64,000 nucleotides of DNA from Thermoanaerobaculia bacterium (GCA_963664405.1 OY761158.1:640001-704000), one strand, 5' to 3'; positions 49,497 through 61,049 are shown, counted from the stretch's first letter. Notes: generated by a model from the sequence alone, not told the origin. Numbers and translations are program-made.

Positions 49497-51200
49497 TCAG
49501 GACTTCTTTCCCTGTCGCGCGGCTTTTTGGATTCTTGCCCAGGAGTCGCGGAGAGTTACGGCGCGATTGAAGATCGGAGATCCTTCAACAGAGTCTCGAT
49601 CGACGCAGAAATACCCAAGCCGCTCGAATTGGAATCGGTCGCCAACGCTCACCGCGCCCAGACTCGGCTCGGCCTTGCAGTCGGCGACGACCTCCAGTGC
49701 ATCGGGGTTGATGTTGGCAATATAGTCGCCGCCCTCCTCGGGATCCTCTGTTTTGAACAGCCGATCGTAGAGCCGCGCCTCCACGTCAACAGCGTGCTCG
49801 GCCGAGACCCAATGCAAGGTGGCCTTCACCTTGCGCCCGTCCGGGGCGTCCCCTCCCCGGGTCGCCGGGTCGTAGGTACACCGAAGCTCGACGAGCTCAC
49901 CATTCTCGTCTTTGACCGCTTCGCGACAGGTGATGAAGTAAGCATAGCGAAGCCGCACCTCTCGACCCGGGGCGAGACGGAAGAACTTCTTCGGCGGGTT
50001 TTCCATGAAGTCCTCTCGCTCGATGTAGAGCACCCGCGAGAAAGGCACACTCCTTGAGCCCGCACCAGGATCTTCAGGGTTGTTGATGGCCTCGAGCTCC
50101 TCGCTCTCGCCTTCCGGATAGTTCTCCAGAACGACGCGTAGAGGGCGTAAGACGGCCATACGCCGCAGAGCACGGCGGTTGAGTTCTTGGCGCAAACTGT
50201 GCTCGAGCAGAGCGAGATCGGTGACGCTGTTGCTCTTGGTCACCCCGACCCGCTCGCATACATCGAGAATCGCTTCGGCGGTATACCCCCGCCGCCGAAT
50301 CCCCGACAGAGTCGGCATACGCGGATCGTCCCAGCCCGAGACGTAACCTTCTTCGACCAGACGGCGCAGTCTGCGTTTGCTGAGGAGGGTGTAGCTGAAC
50401 AGGAGCTTCGCGAACTCGATCTGGCGCGGCCGTGAGCCGGTATCGACATTGTCAAGAATCCACTCATAGAGCGGTCGATGATCCTCGAACTCGAGCGAGC
50501 ACAGAGAGTGGGTGATGCCCTCGAGCGCATCCGAGAGGGTGTGGGCCCAGTCATACATCGGGTAGATCGACCACTCCGAGCCGGTGCGGTGATGCTCCAC
50601 CTTGCGGATCCGATAGAGAGTGGGATCCCGCAGATTCATATTCCCCGAAGTCATGTCGATCTTGGCGCGTAGGACCTGCTCACCTTCGTCGAACTCGCCG
50701 GCTCGCATCCGCGCGAAGAGGTCGAGATTCTCCTCTACCGACCTGCCTCGGTAGGGACTGTCCCTGCCTGGCTCGTTCCACCGCCCACGATACTGACGAA
50801 TCTCCTCGGCGCTGAGCGAGTCGACGTAGGCCTTGCCATCCTTGATGAGCTGGACCGCAAAGTCATGGAGCTGCTGGTAGTAATCCGACGCGTAGTACTC
50901 GCGATCCTCCCAATCGAAGCCGAGCCAGCGAATGTCCTCCTTGATGGCTTCAACGTACTCGGTGTCTTCCTTGACCGGATTGGTGTCGTCGAAGCGCAGA
51001 TTGCAGGTGCCACCGTGCTCCGCCGCCACTCCGAAACTCAGACAGATCGCCTTGGGGTGACCGATATGTAGATAGCCGTTGGGCTCAGGGGGAAAACGAG
51101 TGCGAACGCCGCTGTGCTTGCCGCTCGCCAGGTCGTCACGGACGATGGTGCGGATGAAGTCGACGGGGCCGCCGCCGTTGGCCTTTGTATCCTCGGTCAT
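49497..51200 (-). CDS. glnS: Glutamine--tRNA ligase
   Basis: [44 protein letters not shown]. Confidence 0.95.
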   Translation of the reverse strand: MTEDTKANGGGPVDFIRTIVRDDLASGKHSGVRTRFPPEPNGYLHIGHPKAICLSFGVAAEHGGTCNLRFDDTNPVKEDTEYVEAIKEDIRWLGFDWEDREYYASDYYQQLHDFAVQLIKDGKAYVDSLSAEEIRQYRGRWNEPGRDSPYRGRSVEENLDLFARMRAGEFDEGEQVLRAKIDMTSGNMNLRDPTLYRIRKVEHHRTGSEWSIYPMYDWAHTLSDALEGITHSLCSLEFEDHRPLYEWILDNVDTGSRPRQIEFAKLLFSYTLLSKRRLRRLVEEGYVSGWDDPRMPTLSGIRRRGYTAEAILDVCERVGVTKSNSVTDLALLEHSLRQELNRRALRRMAVLRPLRVVLENYPEGESEELEAINNPEDPGAGSRSVPFSRVLYIEREDFMENPPKKFFRLAPGREVRLRYAYFITCREAVKDENGELVELRCTYDPATRGGDAPDGRKVKATLHWVSAEHAVDVEARLYDRLFKTEDPEEGGDYIANINPDALEVVADCKAEPSLGAVSVGDRFQFERLGYFCVDRDSVEGSPIFNRAVTLRDSWARIQKAARQGKKS

Positions 51201-51379
51201 GATGAGGCTGTTCCCAGCTCCGCTAGCGAGCGGCGCCTGCCGCTGCGCGAGCAGGCGGAAGTATAGAGAGCATCCACCAAGCCTGCCAACTGCCGGCAGG
51301 CGCCGATCCCGCCGTCTGTCGCTACAATGGAGGCTCGCGAGCTCTTCAAGGAAACTCGTCGGCGAAGGGAGCTGACTGG

Positions 51380-52786
51380 CTGAACACCGCTACGACTTCG
51401 AATCCGCCTGTTGATGTGCTGATACTCGGTGGCGGCAACGCCGCCCTCTGTGCCGCCATCTCGGCTCGCCGGGCCGGCGCCAGCGTACTGCTGCTCGAGA
51501 GCGCACCGGAGCACTTCCGCGGCGGTAACAGTCGACACACCAGAAATCTGCGCTACCTGCACGAGAGCGGCAACGAGATTCTCTCCGGACCTTATGCGGA
51601 AGAAGAGTTCTGGGAGGATCTGATTTCAGTCACCGGGGGCGAAACCAACGAAAAGCTCGCCCGGCTGTTGATTCGAGGCTCGACAGACTTGGGTCACTGG
51701 ATGACCGAGCAGGGCGTGCGATTTCAGGGGCCACTTCGGGGCACTCTCAATCTCTCACGCACTAACGCTTTCTTTCTGGGCGGGGGCAAAGCACTCGTCA
51801 ACGCATATTTCAAGACCGCGATCGACCTCGGCGTGGAGGTCGCCTACAACTCGGAAGTCCAAGGTCTCGACGCACGCGAGGGTGAGTTCAAAGCCGCAAT
51901 CGTCATGAGAGAGGGCGCCACGCACGAGATCCCGGCCAAGAGCGTTGTCGCCGCGTCGGGCGGCTTCCAGGCCAACATCGCATGGCTCAAGGAGTACTGG
52001 GGAGATGCCGCCGACAATTTTCTTGTTCGCGGTAGCCCCTTCGACACCGGCCTGGTGCTGCGAGCCTTACTCGATTGCGGTGCGGTGTCGGTCGGAGATC
52101 CACGCCAATGTCATGCCGTGGCCATCGATGCTCGAGCCCCCAAGTTCGATGGCGGAATCGTCACCCGTCTCGATTGCATCCCCTTCGGAATCGTGGTCAA
52201 TAAGCTGGGCCTTCGCTTCTACGACGAAGGCGAAGACTTCTGGCCCCGGCGCTACGCTATCTGGGGCCGGCTGGTTGCCCAGCAGCCGGAGCAGATCGCA
52301 TATTCGATTATCGATTCCAGGTCCAAGGATTTGTTCATGCCTTCCGTCTTTCCCGCCATCGAAGCCGATTCGCTAACCGAGATGGCCTCCAGGCTCGAGC
52401 TCGATCCAGCCGTTCTGGAGACCACGGTCGCCGCCTTCAATAGCGCAGTACGACCCGGCGTCTTCGACTCCTCCACTCTCGACGACTGCGCGACCGAAGG
52501 TCTCGAACCGCCGAAGAGCCACTGGGCTCGGAGGCTCGAAGAGGCGCCTTTCTACGCCTACCCGCTGCGCCCGGGCATCACTTTCACTTATCTGGGAGTC
52601 GGGGTCGACGAGCGGGCACGAGTGCTGATGAAGACCGACACACCAGCAGCGAACATCTTCGCAGCTGGAGAGATCATGGCCGGCAACATCCTAGGCAAGG
52701 GATACCTCGCCGGTCTCGGGATGACCATCGGTACCGTCTTCGGTCGAATCGCGGGAGGAGAGGCGGCACGTCATGCCCTCTCCTGA
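51380..52786 (+). CDS. tcuA: FAD-dependent tricarballylate dehydrogenase TcuA (CobZ-like)
   Basis: [45 protein letters not shown]. Start uncertain (CTG 51380 or GTG 51416). Confidence 0.9.
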   Translation: MNTATTSNPPVDVLILGGGNAALCAAISARRAGASVLLLESAPEHFRGGNSRHTRNLRYLHESGNEILSGPYAEEEFWEDLISVTGGETNEKLARLLIRGSTDLGHWMTEQGVRFQGPLRGTLNLSRTNAFFLGGGKALVNAYFKTAIDLGVEVAYNSEVQGLDAREGEFKAAIVMREGATHEIPAKSVVAASGGFQANIAWLKEYWGDAADNFLVRGSPFDTGLVLRALLDCGAVSVGDPRQCHAVAIDARAPKFDGGIVTRLDCIPFGIVVNKLGLRFYDEGEDFWPRRYAIWGRLVAQQPEQIAYSIIDSRSKDLFMPSVFPAIEADSLTEMASRLELDPAVLETTVAAFNSAVRPGVFDSSTLDDCATEGLEPPKSHWARRLEEAPFYAYPLRPGITFTYLGVGVDERARVLMKTDTPAANIFAAGEIMAGNILGKGYLAGLGMTIGTVFGRIAGGEAARHALS

Positions 52787-53891
52787 ACCACTAGCTGAGG
52801 CCGAGCGCCTCATGACGATCTGCAATGCCTGCCGCTATTGCGAGGGGTTCTGCGCGGTCTTCCCAGCCATGGAGCGCCGCAGAAGCTTCTTGGAGGGCGA
52901 TCTCATCTACCTGGCGAACCTCTGTCACGACTGCCGTGGCTGCTACTACGCCTGCCAATATGCTCCGCCGCACGAATTTGGCGTCAATCTACCGCGAACC
53001 TTCGCCGAGCTCAGACTCGAGACCTACGAAGACTACAGCTGGCCACGCCTTCTCGGCGGACTCTTCCGGCGCAACGGGGTCGCGATCGGCGCCCTCCTGG
53101 CCTTCTGTGTGATCTTGGTACTTGTCCTCGTTCTCACCTTCCAGGGGCCAACGGCCCTAAGCTCCGCGGCTCGAGAGCCAGGGGACTTCTACACTGTTGT
53201 CCCCTATGTGGCGATGGTGGCCCCGGCCGCCGCCATCCTCCTCTTCGGCATCGGCGTCTTCGTTTCCGGATTCCTCCGTTTCTGGCGCAGCTCCGGCGGC
53301 CGCTTTCGGGATCTACTGGATCCCCAAGCTCATCTCAGAGCCTCCCGCGACGCTCTTGCACTGAAATACGCAAAGGGTGGAGGCGACGGCTGCAATTACC
53401 CTGACGAAGGCTTTTCCCACGCGCGACGCTGGCTCCATCAGCTGGTCGTCTACGGTTTCCTGCTCGACCTGGCGTCAACGACCCTGGCGGCGATCTACCA
53501 ACACTTCCTCCACCGCATTGCCCCTTATCCGTATCTCAGCGCACCCGTGGTCCTCGGCACGGTCGGAGGGGTCGGCCTGCTGGTCGGGACAGCGGGCTTG
53601 CTCTACCTCAAGTTCGGTGCCGACGATCGCCCGGCCGACGGGAAGACCAGAGCCATGGATGTGGCCTTCCTGATACTTCTCTTCCTGACCAGCCTCACCG
53701 GGCTCCTGCTCGTGGGCCTTCGAGCAACGTCAATGATGGGCTCCCTCCTGGTAGTGCATTTGGGGGTGGTGGCGGGTCTCTTCATCACCCTGCCCTACGG
53801 CAAGATGGCACACGTCGTCTACCGTTACGCAGCCCTCCTGCGCAACGCACTCGAGGAAGCGCACGATAAGGCAGCCAGCACATCCGGCTAG
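52773..53891 (+). CDS. tcuB: Tricarballylate utilisation 4Fe-4S membrane protein TcuB
   Basis: CNACRYCEGFC, CHDCRGCYYACQYAPPHEF, LPYGKMAH. Confidence 0.92.
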   Translation: MPSPEPLAEAERLMTICNACRYCEGFCAVFPAMERRRSFLEGDLIYLANLCHDCRGCYYACQYAPPHEFGVNLPRTFAELRLETYEDYSWPRLLGGLFRRNGVAIGALLAFCVILVLVLVLTFQGPTALSSAAREPGDFYTVVPYVAMVAPAAAILLFGIGVFVSGFLRFWRSSGGRFRDLLDPQAHLRASRDALALKYAKGGGDGCNYPDEGFSHARRWLHQLVVYGFLLDLASTTLAAIYQHFLHRIAPYPYLSAPVVLGTVGGVGLLVGTAGLLYLKFGADDRPADGKTRAMDVAFLILLFLTSLTGLLLVGLRATSMMGSLLVVHLGVVAGLFITLPYGKMAHVVYRYAALLRNALEEAHDKAASTSG

Positions 53892-54595
53892 TCGCCGACA
53901 GTGGCGCTCTGAGCAGCGCTGAAGAACTCGTGAGCGCTCTCGAACGGCGCCAGCCGAGAGACGATTCTTCGTGTAGCCGCGTGTGCCGAGGGCGGAAAGC
54001 TCGCAAGGCGGTCTACCAACGCCCGCGCCACGTTCAGAACCTCGCCATCGGGAACGGCCCTCACCGCCAGGCCGAGCCTAGCAAGGTCCTCTCCGTAGTA
54101 GCGCTCCGCACTCATGACCATTTCATAGGTGCGAGTGAGACCGAGCTTGAGAGTCAGCCAGGCGACGTTCATCGGAGCCGGGCGACCGAGACGCGCCTCG
54201 GCGACCTCGAAGAAGGCGCCCTCACCGGCGATCAAGAGATCGCAGGCGAGAGCCAGACCCGAGCCACCCGCGATCGCAAAACCCTCGAGAGCGCCCACAA
54301 CCGGTTTCGGGCAGTCGAACATAGCGGCATGAAAATCACACCATCTCTCTGAGAAGTCTTTTCGCCACGCCTGTGGCGGCTCTACGGCGAATTCTTTGAG
54401 GTCCATGCCGGCACAAAAGCCGCCCTCCGCCCCCCGAATCAGGACCGCGCCGATCTCATCGTCCGCCGACAGCTCCTCCAGACCCGCGTGCAGACCCTCG
54501 AGCAAGGGGCCGTTGAGGGCGTTCTTTCTCTCTGGGCGGTTGAGAACGAGCTCACCACGTCGACCTACCCGCTCTACCCGTACCGGTTCACTCAT
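53888..54595 (-). CDS. Enoyl-CoA hydratase/isomerase family protein
   Basis: LNRPERKNAL, FCAGMDL, AIAGG, LACD. Confidence 0.88.
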   Translation of the reverse strand: MSEPVRVERVGRRGELVLNRPERKNALNGPLLEGLHAGLEELSADDEIGAVLIRGAEGGFCAGMDLKEFAVEPPQAWRKDFSERWCDFHAAMFDCPKPVVGALEGFAIAGGSGLALACDLLIAGEGAFFEVAEARLGRPAPMNVAWLTLKLGLTRTYEMVMSAERYYGEDLARLGLAVRAVPDGEVLNVARALVDRLASFPPSAHAATRRIVSRLAPFESAHEFFSAAQSATVGD

Positions 54596-54703
54596 GGCTT
54601 CCTCCCCTGTGTTGACCCGCCTCGGGCACTCTACTCCGAACGACCTCTAGCAAGACAGAGTCGGCTCGGAAGTCAGCGGGCGTGTATCATCTCGCATTCG
54701 AGA

Positions 54704-56464
54704 ATGCGCTTCTCCCGACTACTACTGACCCTCGTACTTGCCCTGGTTGCGCCCCCGCAGCCCGGCTTCTCGAGCGATGCTGCCGTCCCCATCGAGACCT
54801 TCGAGCTCGACAACGGCATGCGCTTTTACGTGGTCCAGCGTCCTGAGCTCACCACCGTTTCGGCGTCTTGGGTCGCCCACGTCGGTTCGTCGAACGAGCG
54901 TCCCGGTATCACCGGCCTCGCCCATCTCTTCGAGCACATGATGTTCAAGGGCTCGAGAACCATCGGTACCACGGACAGCGAGCGAGACCGGGAGATCATC
55001 GAAGAACAGGAACAGGTGCAAGAAGAGATCCGGGCCATCTATCAGGCAGATCGTGGGCGCTGGCGCCGCGGCGAGATCGAGGCCCCCTACGCGGCGGAAC
55101 ACCAAAGCGACGATCTAGCCGAGCTCCAGGAGAGATTCAGGAGTCTCGCCGACGAACAACGCGGACTGATGGTGAAAGACGAGTTCTCCAAGATCTACAC
55201 CGACGCCGGCGCTACTTTTCTCAACGCCATGACCAGCCAGGACGTTACGGCCTACATCATCAACGTACCGGCAAACAAGCTCGAGCTCTGGTTCTGGATG
55301 GAATCGGAACGGCTCTTGAACCCGGTCTTTCGAGAGTTCTACACCGAGCGCGACGTGGTCTACGAAGAACGTCGCTTGAGGACCGAGGCAACCGCCACCG
55401 GCGCGTACGATGAACAGCTCAATGCCATGTTCTGGGGCTCGCACCCCTACTCCTGGCCCATCGTCGGCTGGCCCTCCGACCTGCGGGTCATCACTAAACA
55501 GCAAGCCGACGAATTCTTCTCGACTTACTACGCTCCGAACAACCTTTCCGCGATTCTGGTGGGCAACGTCGACATCGCCGAAGCCAGGCGCCAGGCCGAG
55601 CGCTATTTCGGCCGCATTCCGCGAGGGGACGCGGCTCCTCCGGATGTCGTCACTCTGGAAATAGAGCAGCTTGCGGAAAAACGGATGGTTGCCGAGTGCG
55701 ACTGCCCTCCACAGCTGAACATCCTCTACCATACCGCCCCCTTCGGCCACCGCGACGACTACGTCCTCGATGTCTTCTCCGGCCTCCTCAATGGCCGAAC
55801 CGGCCGACTCTATAAATCGATGATCGAAGGAGCGGAGATCGCCAGCAGCGCCCGCGTTGCCAACCTCGCAAGCAAGTGGGCCGGTTCATTCTCCGTTTCG
55901 GCCGAGACCATGGGAGATCACGCGCCCGAAGATCTCCTCGCCCAATGGGAAAAAGTGCTGGCCGAGCTCCAACAGAGCCCGGTCTCGGCAGCAGAGCTCG
56001 ACAAAGTCAAAAACATCCTCACCGCCGACGTCTATCGCCGACTGGAGAGCCCGTTCTACCTGATGATGCAGCTCGCTCTGTACACCGGGCAGGGCGATGC
56101 CACCTACCTCAACACGTTCGCTGACCGGGTCGCGGCGGTCACGGCCGAGGACGTACAGAGACTCGCGAACACCTACTTCGACCCAGCGAACCGGCTGGTA
56201 GGCGTCTATACCCGCAAGGAAGGCACTCGAGCGGAAGAGGTACCGTCGGAGTTGGAGGCGCTCCCTGCCGAGATGAGGCAGAGGGTGCTCCAGCAGATAA
56301 ACGAGATCAACGGGCAAACAGAGGCTGCGCCGCTGGAAGAGGCGCTCAGCCAGGTGCGGAGCCAATCCGAACAGGTCCCGGCAGCGATGAAGCCTGCATT
56401 CGCCTACATGATCCAAGTTATCCAACAACGCCTCGAAGTCCTCGCCAACGAGGGTGCGAGATGA
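54704..56464 (+). CDS. M16 (pitrilysin-like) zinc peptidase, catalytic subunit
   Basis: Signal peptide, GLAHLFEHMMFKG (HxxEH), ERDVVYEE, HPYSWP, YYAPNN. Confidence 0.9.
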   Translation: MRFSRLLLTLVLALVAPPQPGFSSDAAVPIETFELDNGMRFYVVQRPELTTVSASWVAHVGSSNERPGITGLAHLFEHMMFKGSRTIGTTDSERDREIIEEQEQVQEEIRAIYQADRGRWRRGEIEAPYAAEHQSDDLAELQERFRSLADEQRGLMVKDEFSKIYTDAGATFLNAMTSQDVTAYIINVPANKLELWFWMESERLLNPVFREFYTERDVVYEERRLRTEATATGAYDEQLNAMFWGSHPYSWPIVGWPSDLRVITKQQADEFFSTYYAPNNLSAILVGNVDIAEARRQAERYFGRIPRGDAAPPDVVTLEIEQLAEKRMVAECDCPPQLNILYHTAPFGHRDDYVLDVFSGLLNGRTGRLYKSMIEGAEIASSARVANLASKWAGSFSVSAETMGDHAPEDLLAQWEKVLAELQQSPVSAAELDKVKNILTADVYRRLESPFYLMMQLALYTGQGDATYLNTFADRVAAVTAEDVQRLANTYFDPANRLVGVYTRKEGTRAEEVPSELEALPAEMRQRVLQQINEINGQTEAAPLEEALSQVRSQSEQVPAAMKPAFAYMIQVIQQRLEVLANEGAR

Positions 56465-57981
56465 ACGTGGCAGGCTCAAAGCAGTCGATAGTGGGCCGAG
56501 TCACCTTGCTCGTCTGTGTAGCCGCGGTCGGGGCGCAGGCCCTCAGCGGACAAGACATCCCGTCGCGACCCGAAGACTTAGCATTCCGAGATCTGGGATT
56601 CGAGGTACCGCGAGCCGAATCGATTCGCCATGAGCTATCCGACGGCGTAGTCGTTTACGCGGTCGAAGACCACACCCTCCCCCTCGTCGACATCGGCCTC
56701 CAGCTGCGGACGGGAAGCTTCCTCGAGTCGGCGGAGAAGACCGGCTTGGCCAAACTCACGGGCGCCTTGCTGCGATCGGGAGGTACAACGACACGGGCGC
56801 CAGGGGAGCTCGACGAAGAGATCGACGCCCTCGCCGCGAACATTCGGATGTCGATCGGCAACACTTCGGCCTCAGCCAACCTCAACTGCCTGACCGCGAA
56901 GCTCGACGAATGTCTGGCGATCTTCTTCGACATGCTCGAAAACCCGCGCTTCGACGAGGAGCGTCTCGAGCTCGAGAAGTCGATTCTCGAGGAAGGCCTC
57001 GCCCAGCGCAACGACGACCCCGCAAGGCTTTCCAGCCGTGAGTGGCGGTGGCTGCTTTACGGCGAAGAACACTTCTCTTCGCGCCAGATTACGACTTCCA
57101 CCCTCGAAGCCATCGAGCGCGAAGACCTGGTGGCCTTCCACCGCGACCACTGGGGCCCCGCAGGCATGGTGGTGACGGTCTCGGGAGATATAGAGAGCGA
57201 GGTCATCCTGAACAAGCTGGGGCAGAAGATCGCGGCATGGCCGAGTCAGCACAAGAAGACGCCATGGCCACCGCCGGCCCCCGACTACAACCCGCGACCC
57301 GGCGTCTATTCCGTTGAGAAGGACATTCCCCAAGGGCGGGTCCAGATCGGCCACCTCGGCATTCAGCGTTCTCGATGGGACGATCCCGCGCACTTCGCGC
57401 TGCAGGTGATGAACAGCATTCTCGGAGGTGGAGGTTTCACCTCTCGTCTGATGAAAAGGATCCGCTCCGATGAAGGCCTCGCCTACTCCGCCGGATCCTC
57501 CTTCGACATCGCCAGCCTTTATTGGCCGGGTACATTTCGGATCTTCTTTCAGTCGAAGAGCGAGTCGGTAGCGCTCGCCACCCAGATTGCGATCGAGGAG
57601 ATCCATCGACTGCGCAGTGAAGAAGTCAGCGACGAAGAGCTCGAGACCGCGAAGAGCTCCTTCATCGAGACTCTGCCACGGCGCTTCGACTCACCCCGAT
57701 CCGTGACTACGATCTTCGCGGCCGACGAGATCCTCGGTCGTTCGCACGCGTACTGGTATGACTACCGGAAGAATCTCGGCGCGGTGACGAAGGCTGAGAT
57801 TCTTCAGGTCGCTCGCAAGTATCTCGACCCCGACAAGCTCATCTTGCTGATCGTGGGAAATTGGGAGGCCATCGCCAAGGGGGATCCCGGCGGTCGAGCT
57901 TCGATGACCGACATTCTCGAAGGAGCTGTCAACGTAGTGCCGCCTCGAGATCCGCTCACCCTCGAGCCTTTGTCGCCGTAA
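56461..57981 (+). CDS. M16 peptidase, non-catalytic partner subunit
   Basis: No HxxEH; ILGGGGFTSRL..RIRSDEGLAYS (R/Y pair); ATGA overlap. Confidence 0.88.
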   Translation: MNVAGSKQSIVGRVTLLVCVAAVGAQALSGQDIPSRPEDLAFRDLGFEVPRAESIRHELSDGVVVYAVEDHTLPLVDIGLQLRTGSFLESAEKTGLAKLTGALLRSGGTTTRAPGELDEEIDALAANIRMSIGNTSASANLNCLTAKLDECLAIFFDMLENPRFDEERLELEKSILEEGLAQRNDDPARLSSREWRWLLYGEEHFSSRQITTSTLEAIEREDLVAFHRDHWGPAGMVVTVSGDIESEVILNKLGQKIAAWPSQHKKTPWPPPAPDYNPRPGVYSVEKDIPQGRVQIGHLGIQRSRWDDPAHFALQVMNSILGGGGFTSRLMKRIRSDEGLAYSAGSSFDIASLYWPGTFRIFFQSKSESVALATQIAIEEIHRLRSEEVSDEELETAKSSFIETLPRRFDSPRSVTTIFAADEILGRSHAYWYDYRKNLGAVTKAEILQVARKYLDPDKLILLIVGNWEAIAKGDPGGRASMTDILEGAVNVVPPRDPLTLEPLSP

Positions 57982-58298
57982 TCAAAGCAACCCATCGACT
58001 CGGAGAGGTCGGTGTTTGCCAATGCCTACTCCAGCCCCAGACATCTGGGAGCGCTAGAGGCTACAACTGCTGGCCACCCGTTGGTTGATCTCTCCGGAGC
58101 TAGGAGCGCCGTCCTCCACTGGACTCTCACCAAGTCCCGCAAAATGCAAAGCCTCATGAATCAGCACGGCGGCGGCGCGATCGGCAGGGAGACTTGCAAA
58201 CCCCCGGCACAGGCGTGTCACCGGGCTGCCCACAACGGTGAATGCACTTGCATGCCGACACAGGCGCCTCTCTTGCGGGTTCGAAGCAGAGACATAGC

Positions 58299-59037
58299 CT
58301 TCCCTTGGAGGACCTCTCGTGGGAACCGCACGACTACTTTGCCGAGTCCATGACCGAAGCGCTGATTACGGACCTTGCGCAGATTCCCTCTCTGCGAGTG
58401 ACCTCGCGGCAATCTGTCGAGCGCTACCAGCGGCAGTGATGCCACAGTTGGCGACATCGCCAAGGCTCTCGGAGTAGAGGCGATCGTCCAGGGATCGGTC
58501 TTGCGCGAGGCGGACCGTGTCCGCATCAGCGTCCACCTCATCGACGCGCCAAGCGACAGTCATCTATGGGCGCAGGACTACGAGCGCCCTTATCAACACG
58601 TTCTGATGCTCCAGCGCGACGTAGCAAGCGCGATAACCCAAGAGATCCGCGTATCGCTGACCCCGGACGAGCAAGTTCAGCTGGCGAGCTACCGGGCGGT
58701 CGACCCCAAGGCGCACGACCTTTACCTGCGGGGTCGCTTCGAGCTCCATCGCTGCGAAATAGACGGACCGAACGACACTGACAACCTCTTCGACGAAGCG
58801 ATCGCGGTCGACCCGACCTATCGCCTCTACGAGTCTCCCCAGTTCGCAATCGACGAGTACCCGATAGCCGTCCTCAAAGCAGGCATGGGAGACGCGGAGG
58901 GTGCGCTGGACAGCCTCGAGAACGCACTGGCGCAGCACTCCCCCAACATGATCTACCTCAGAGTGGAGCCTTTTCTCGGACCTGTTCGTCACAACCCCCG
59001 TTACAGGGCGCTACAAGACGAGCTCATGCTGCGCTAG
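58299..59037 (+). pseudogene. Degraded TolB-like/TPR module (adenylate cyclase or kinase-associated type)
   Basis: LPLEDLS...DYFAESMTEALITDLAQI, frameshift at about 58430, then VQGSVLREADRVRISVHLID...LWAQDY. N-terminus missing and TPR region shortened. Confidence 0.7.
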
Positions 59038-59070
59038 GGGGTCGGCGGAGGTGTGGCAAAATGCCACTCC

Positions 59071-60639
59071 ATGAAGGAGCTCATCTATCACCGCCACTTC
59101 CTCCCGGCCCTAGAGATCTTCGGTGATCGCACTGCGGTCATTGACGGATCTTACGAGGCCACGTTCAGCCAACACGGGGAGCGCACCCTTCGCCTTGCCA
59201 ACGCTCTACGCACCGAGCTCGGCCTCACCAAGAGCGACCGCTTCGCAGTGATGGCGGCAACCAGCCACGAGTACCTCGAGCTCTACCATGCCGCCTACCT
59301 CGGCGCCGGCGTCATCAATCCCCTGAACCTGCGCTTGGCGGGCAAAGAGCTCGATTACATCGTGCGTGACTCCGGAACTGAGATCGTGTTCGTCGATCAA
59401 CACTTCGCGGAGGCGATGGACGTAGCGATGAAGGCGTCTGGGGACCGGAGCCCCATACGCAAGACCATTCTCATCGGCGACGGAGACGGACCTGCAGACC
59501 TGCGCTACGAGGACCTCCTCGCCAGTGCAGCAGCGGCGGTGCCGCCGGAACCGGAGGAAGAAGACTCAGTGGTCCTCATGTACACCGGAGGTACCACCGG
59601 CCTACCGAAAGGCGTGCTCGTCAACCAGCGCGCCGAGACCCTCAACTGGTATCACGCAGGAATGGCCATCGGCTTTGCCGACGACGATGTAAGTCTGCTG
59701 CAGACACCCATCTTTCATGCCGCATCGATGGTCACCCTGCTCGCGGTGCCGGTGACCGGAGGAACGACGGTGATGATGCCGATGTTCGATCCTGAGGCCG
59801 CAATCGCTCTGATCGAGAAACACGGCGTCACCATGACCGGGATGGTGCCGACCATGATCACCATGATGCTCAACCATCCGAGCTTCGCTCCTGAGCGACT
59901 GAAGTCGCTGCGAAGGCTCATCTACGGTGCATCTCCGATGCCGTCGGCGCTTCTCGACCGGCTCTTGGAGATGTTTCCCGACATGGAGATCGGCCAGGGC
60001 TACGGGATGACCGAGAGCTCGTCGATCCTGACCTATCTCGGCGCCAAGGAGCACAGAGCAGGGGGAGACCGGATGCGTTCGGTGGGTCGAGCCCTTCCCG
60101 GCGTGGTGCTCTCGATCCAGGATCCCGAGGGCAGCCTTCTCCCGACCGGAGAGACCGGTGAGGTCTGTGCCAAGGCCGGAAACTACATGACCGAGTACTG
60201 GAACAAGCCGGAGGCCACTGAAGAAGCGTTCCGCGACGGTTGGTATCACACCGGCGATGCCGGTTACCTCGACGACGGCGGCTACCTCTTCCTCGTCGAC
60301 CGGGTCAAGGACATGATCGTCAGCGGCGGTGAGAACGTCTATTCGGTCGAAGTGGAGAACGCGATCTCGACCCACCCCGCGGTGGCCCAGGTGGCGGTCA
60401 TCGGCATTCCCCACGATATCTGGGGTGAGGCGGTTCACGCCATCGTCATCTGCCACGAGGGAGCGGAGGTGAGCGAGGCGGAGATCATCTCCCACGCTCG
60501 CACCTCGATTGCAGGCTACAAGACACCGAAGACCGTAGAGTTCCGGACCGAGCCCCTTCCTCTCTCCGGCGCCCTCAAGGTGCTCAAGCGCGCGCTACGG
60601 CGGCCCTTCTGGGAGGGTAAGGGCCGAGGCATCAACTAG
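59071..60639 (+). CDS. Long-chain fatty-acid--CoA ligase
   Basis: YTGGTTGLPKG, YGMTE, WYHTGD, DRVKDMIVSGGENV. Confidence 0.92.
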   Translation: MKELIYHRHFLPALEIFGDRTAVIDGSYEATFSQHGERTLRLANALRTELGLTKSDRFAVMAATSHEYLELYHAAYLGAGVINPLNLRLAGKELDYIVRDSGTEIVFVDQHFAEAMDVAMKASGDRSPIRKTILIGDGDGPADLRYEDLLASAAAAVPPEPEEEDSVVLMYTGGTTGLPKGVLVNQRAETLNWYHAGMAIGFADDDVSLLQTPIFHAASMVTLLAVPVTGGTTVMMPMFDPEAAIALIEKHGVTMTGMVPTMITMMLNHPSFAPERLKSLRRLIYGASPMPSALLDRLLEMFPDMEIGQGYGMTESSSILTYLGAKEHRAGGDRMRSVGRALPGVVLSIQDPEGSLLPTGETGEVCAKAGNYMTEYWNKPEATEEAFRDGWYHTGDAGYLDDGGYLFLVDRVKDMIVSGGENVYSVEVENAISTHPAVAQVAVIGIPHDIWGEAVHAIVICHEGAEVSEAEIISHARTSIAGYKTPKTVEFRTEPLPLSGALKVLKRALRRPFWEGKGRGIN

Positions 60640-61049
60640 GCCGTCCACGCAGCGATCCTCAACGGCGCGATGCGGATGACCTCGGGTCCCACCTCTACCT
60701 CGGCATACTGCGGGTACTTCTCGCGCAGAGAGGCGAGGACCCTAGCCACCTCTGCGCCTGCCACCAAGGAGCCCTCACCCTCGACAAGCACGTAGCGGAG
60801 CCGTCTCCAATCCTCCTCGTAGTGATCGACCAGCAGAGCCGCTCGCGGGTTGGTCTCGAGGTTGCGAACTCGCTTCAGCCGCCGTGTGGTCTTGGGCTTG
60901 CCGTCGATCGGCGTGTATAGGGCATCACCGTCGAATACGAAACAGACGGGAACGAGATGCGGCTGTCCATCCTCGCCCGTGGTCGCCAGACGACCGACTC
61001 TCGCCGCTCGCAGCAGCTCTAACGCCCAGCCGGGCGCCTCGAGGGTCAT
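60636..61049 (-). CDS. PPOX-class putative F420-dependent enzyme (Rv0121-like)
   Basis: ARVGRLAT, PHLVPVCF, DGKPK, VDHYEEDW, KYPQY. Confidence 0.85.
   Translation of the reverse strand: MTLEAPGWALELLRAARVGRLATTGEDGQPHLVPVCFVFDGDALYTPIDGKPKTTRRLKRVRNLETNPRAALLVDHYEEDWRRLRYVLVEGEGSLVAGAEVARVLASLREKYPQYAEVEVGPEVIRIAPLRIAAWTA

Noticed and set aside
58437-58439. Second selenocysteine TGA
   Set aside because: Homology continues in a different frame (a frameshift), and the position is not a Cys or redox motif.
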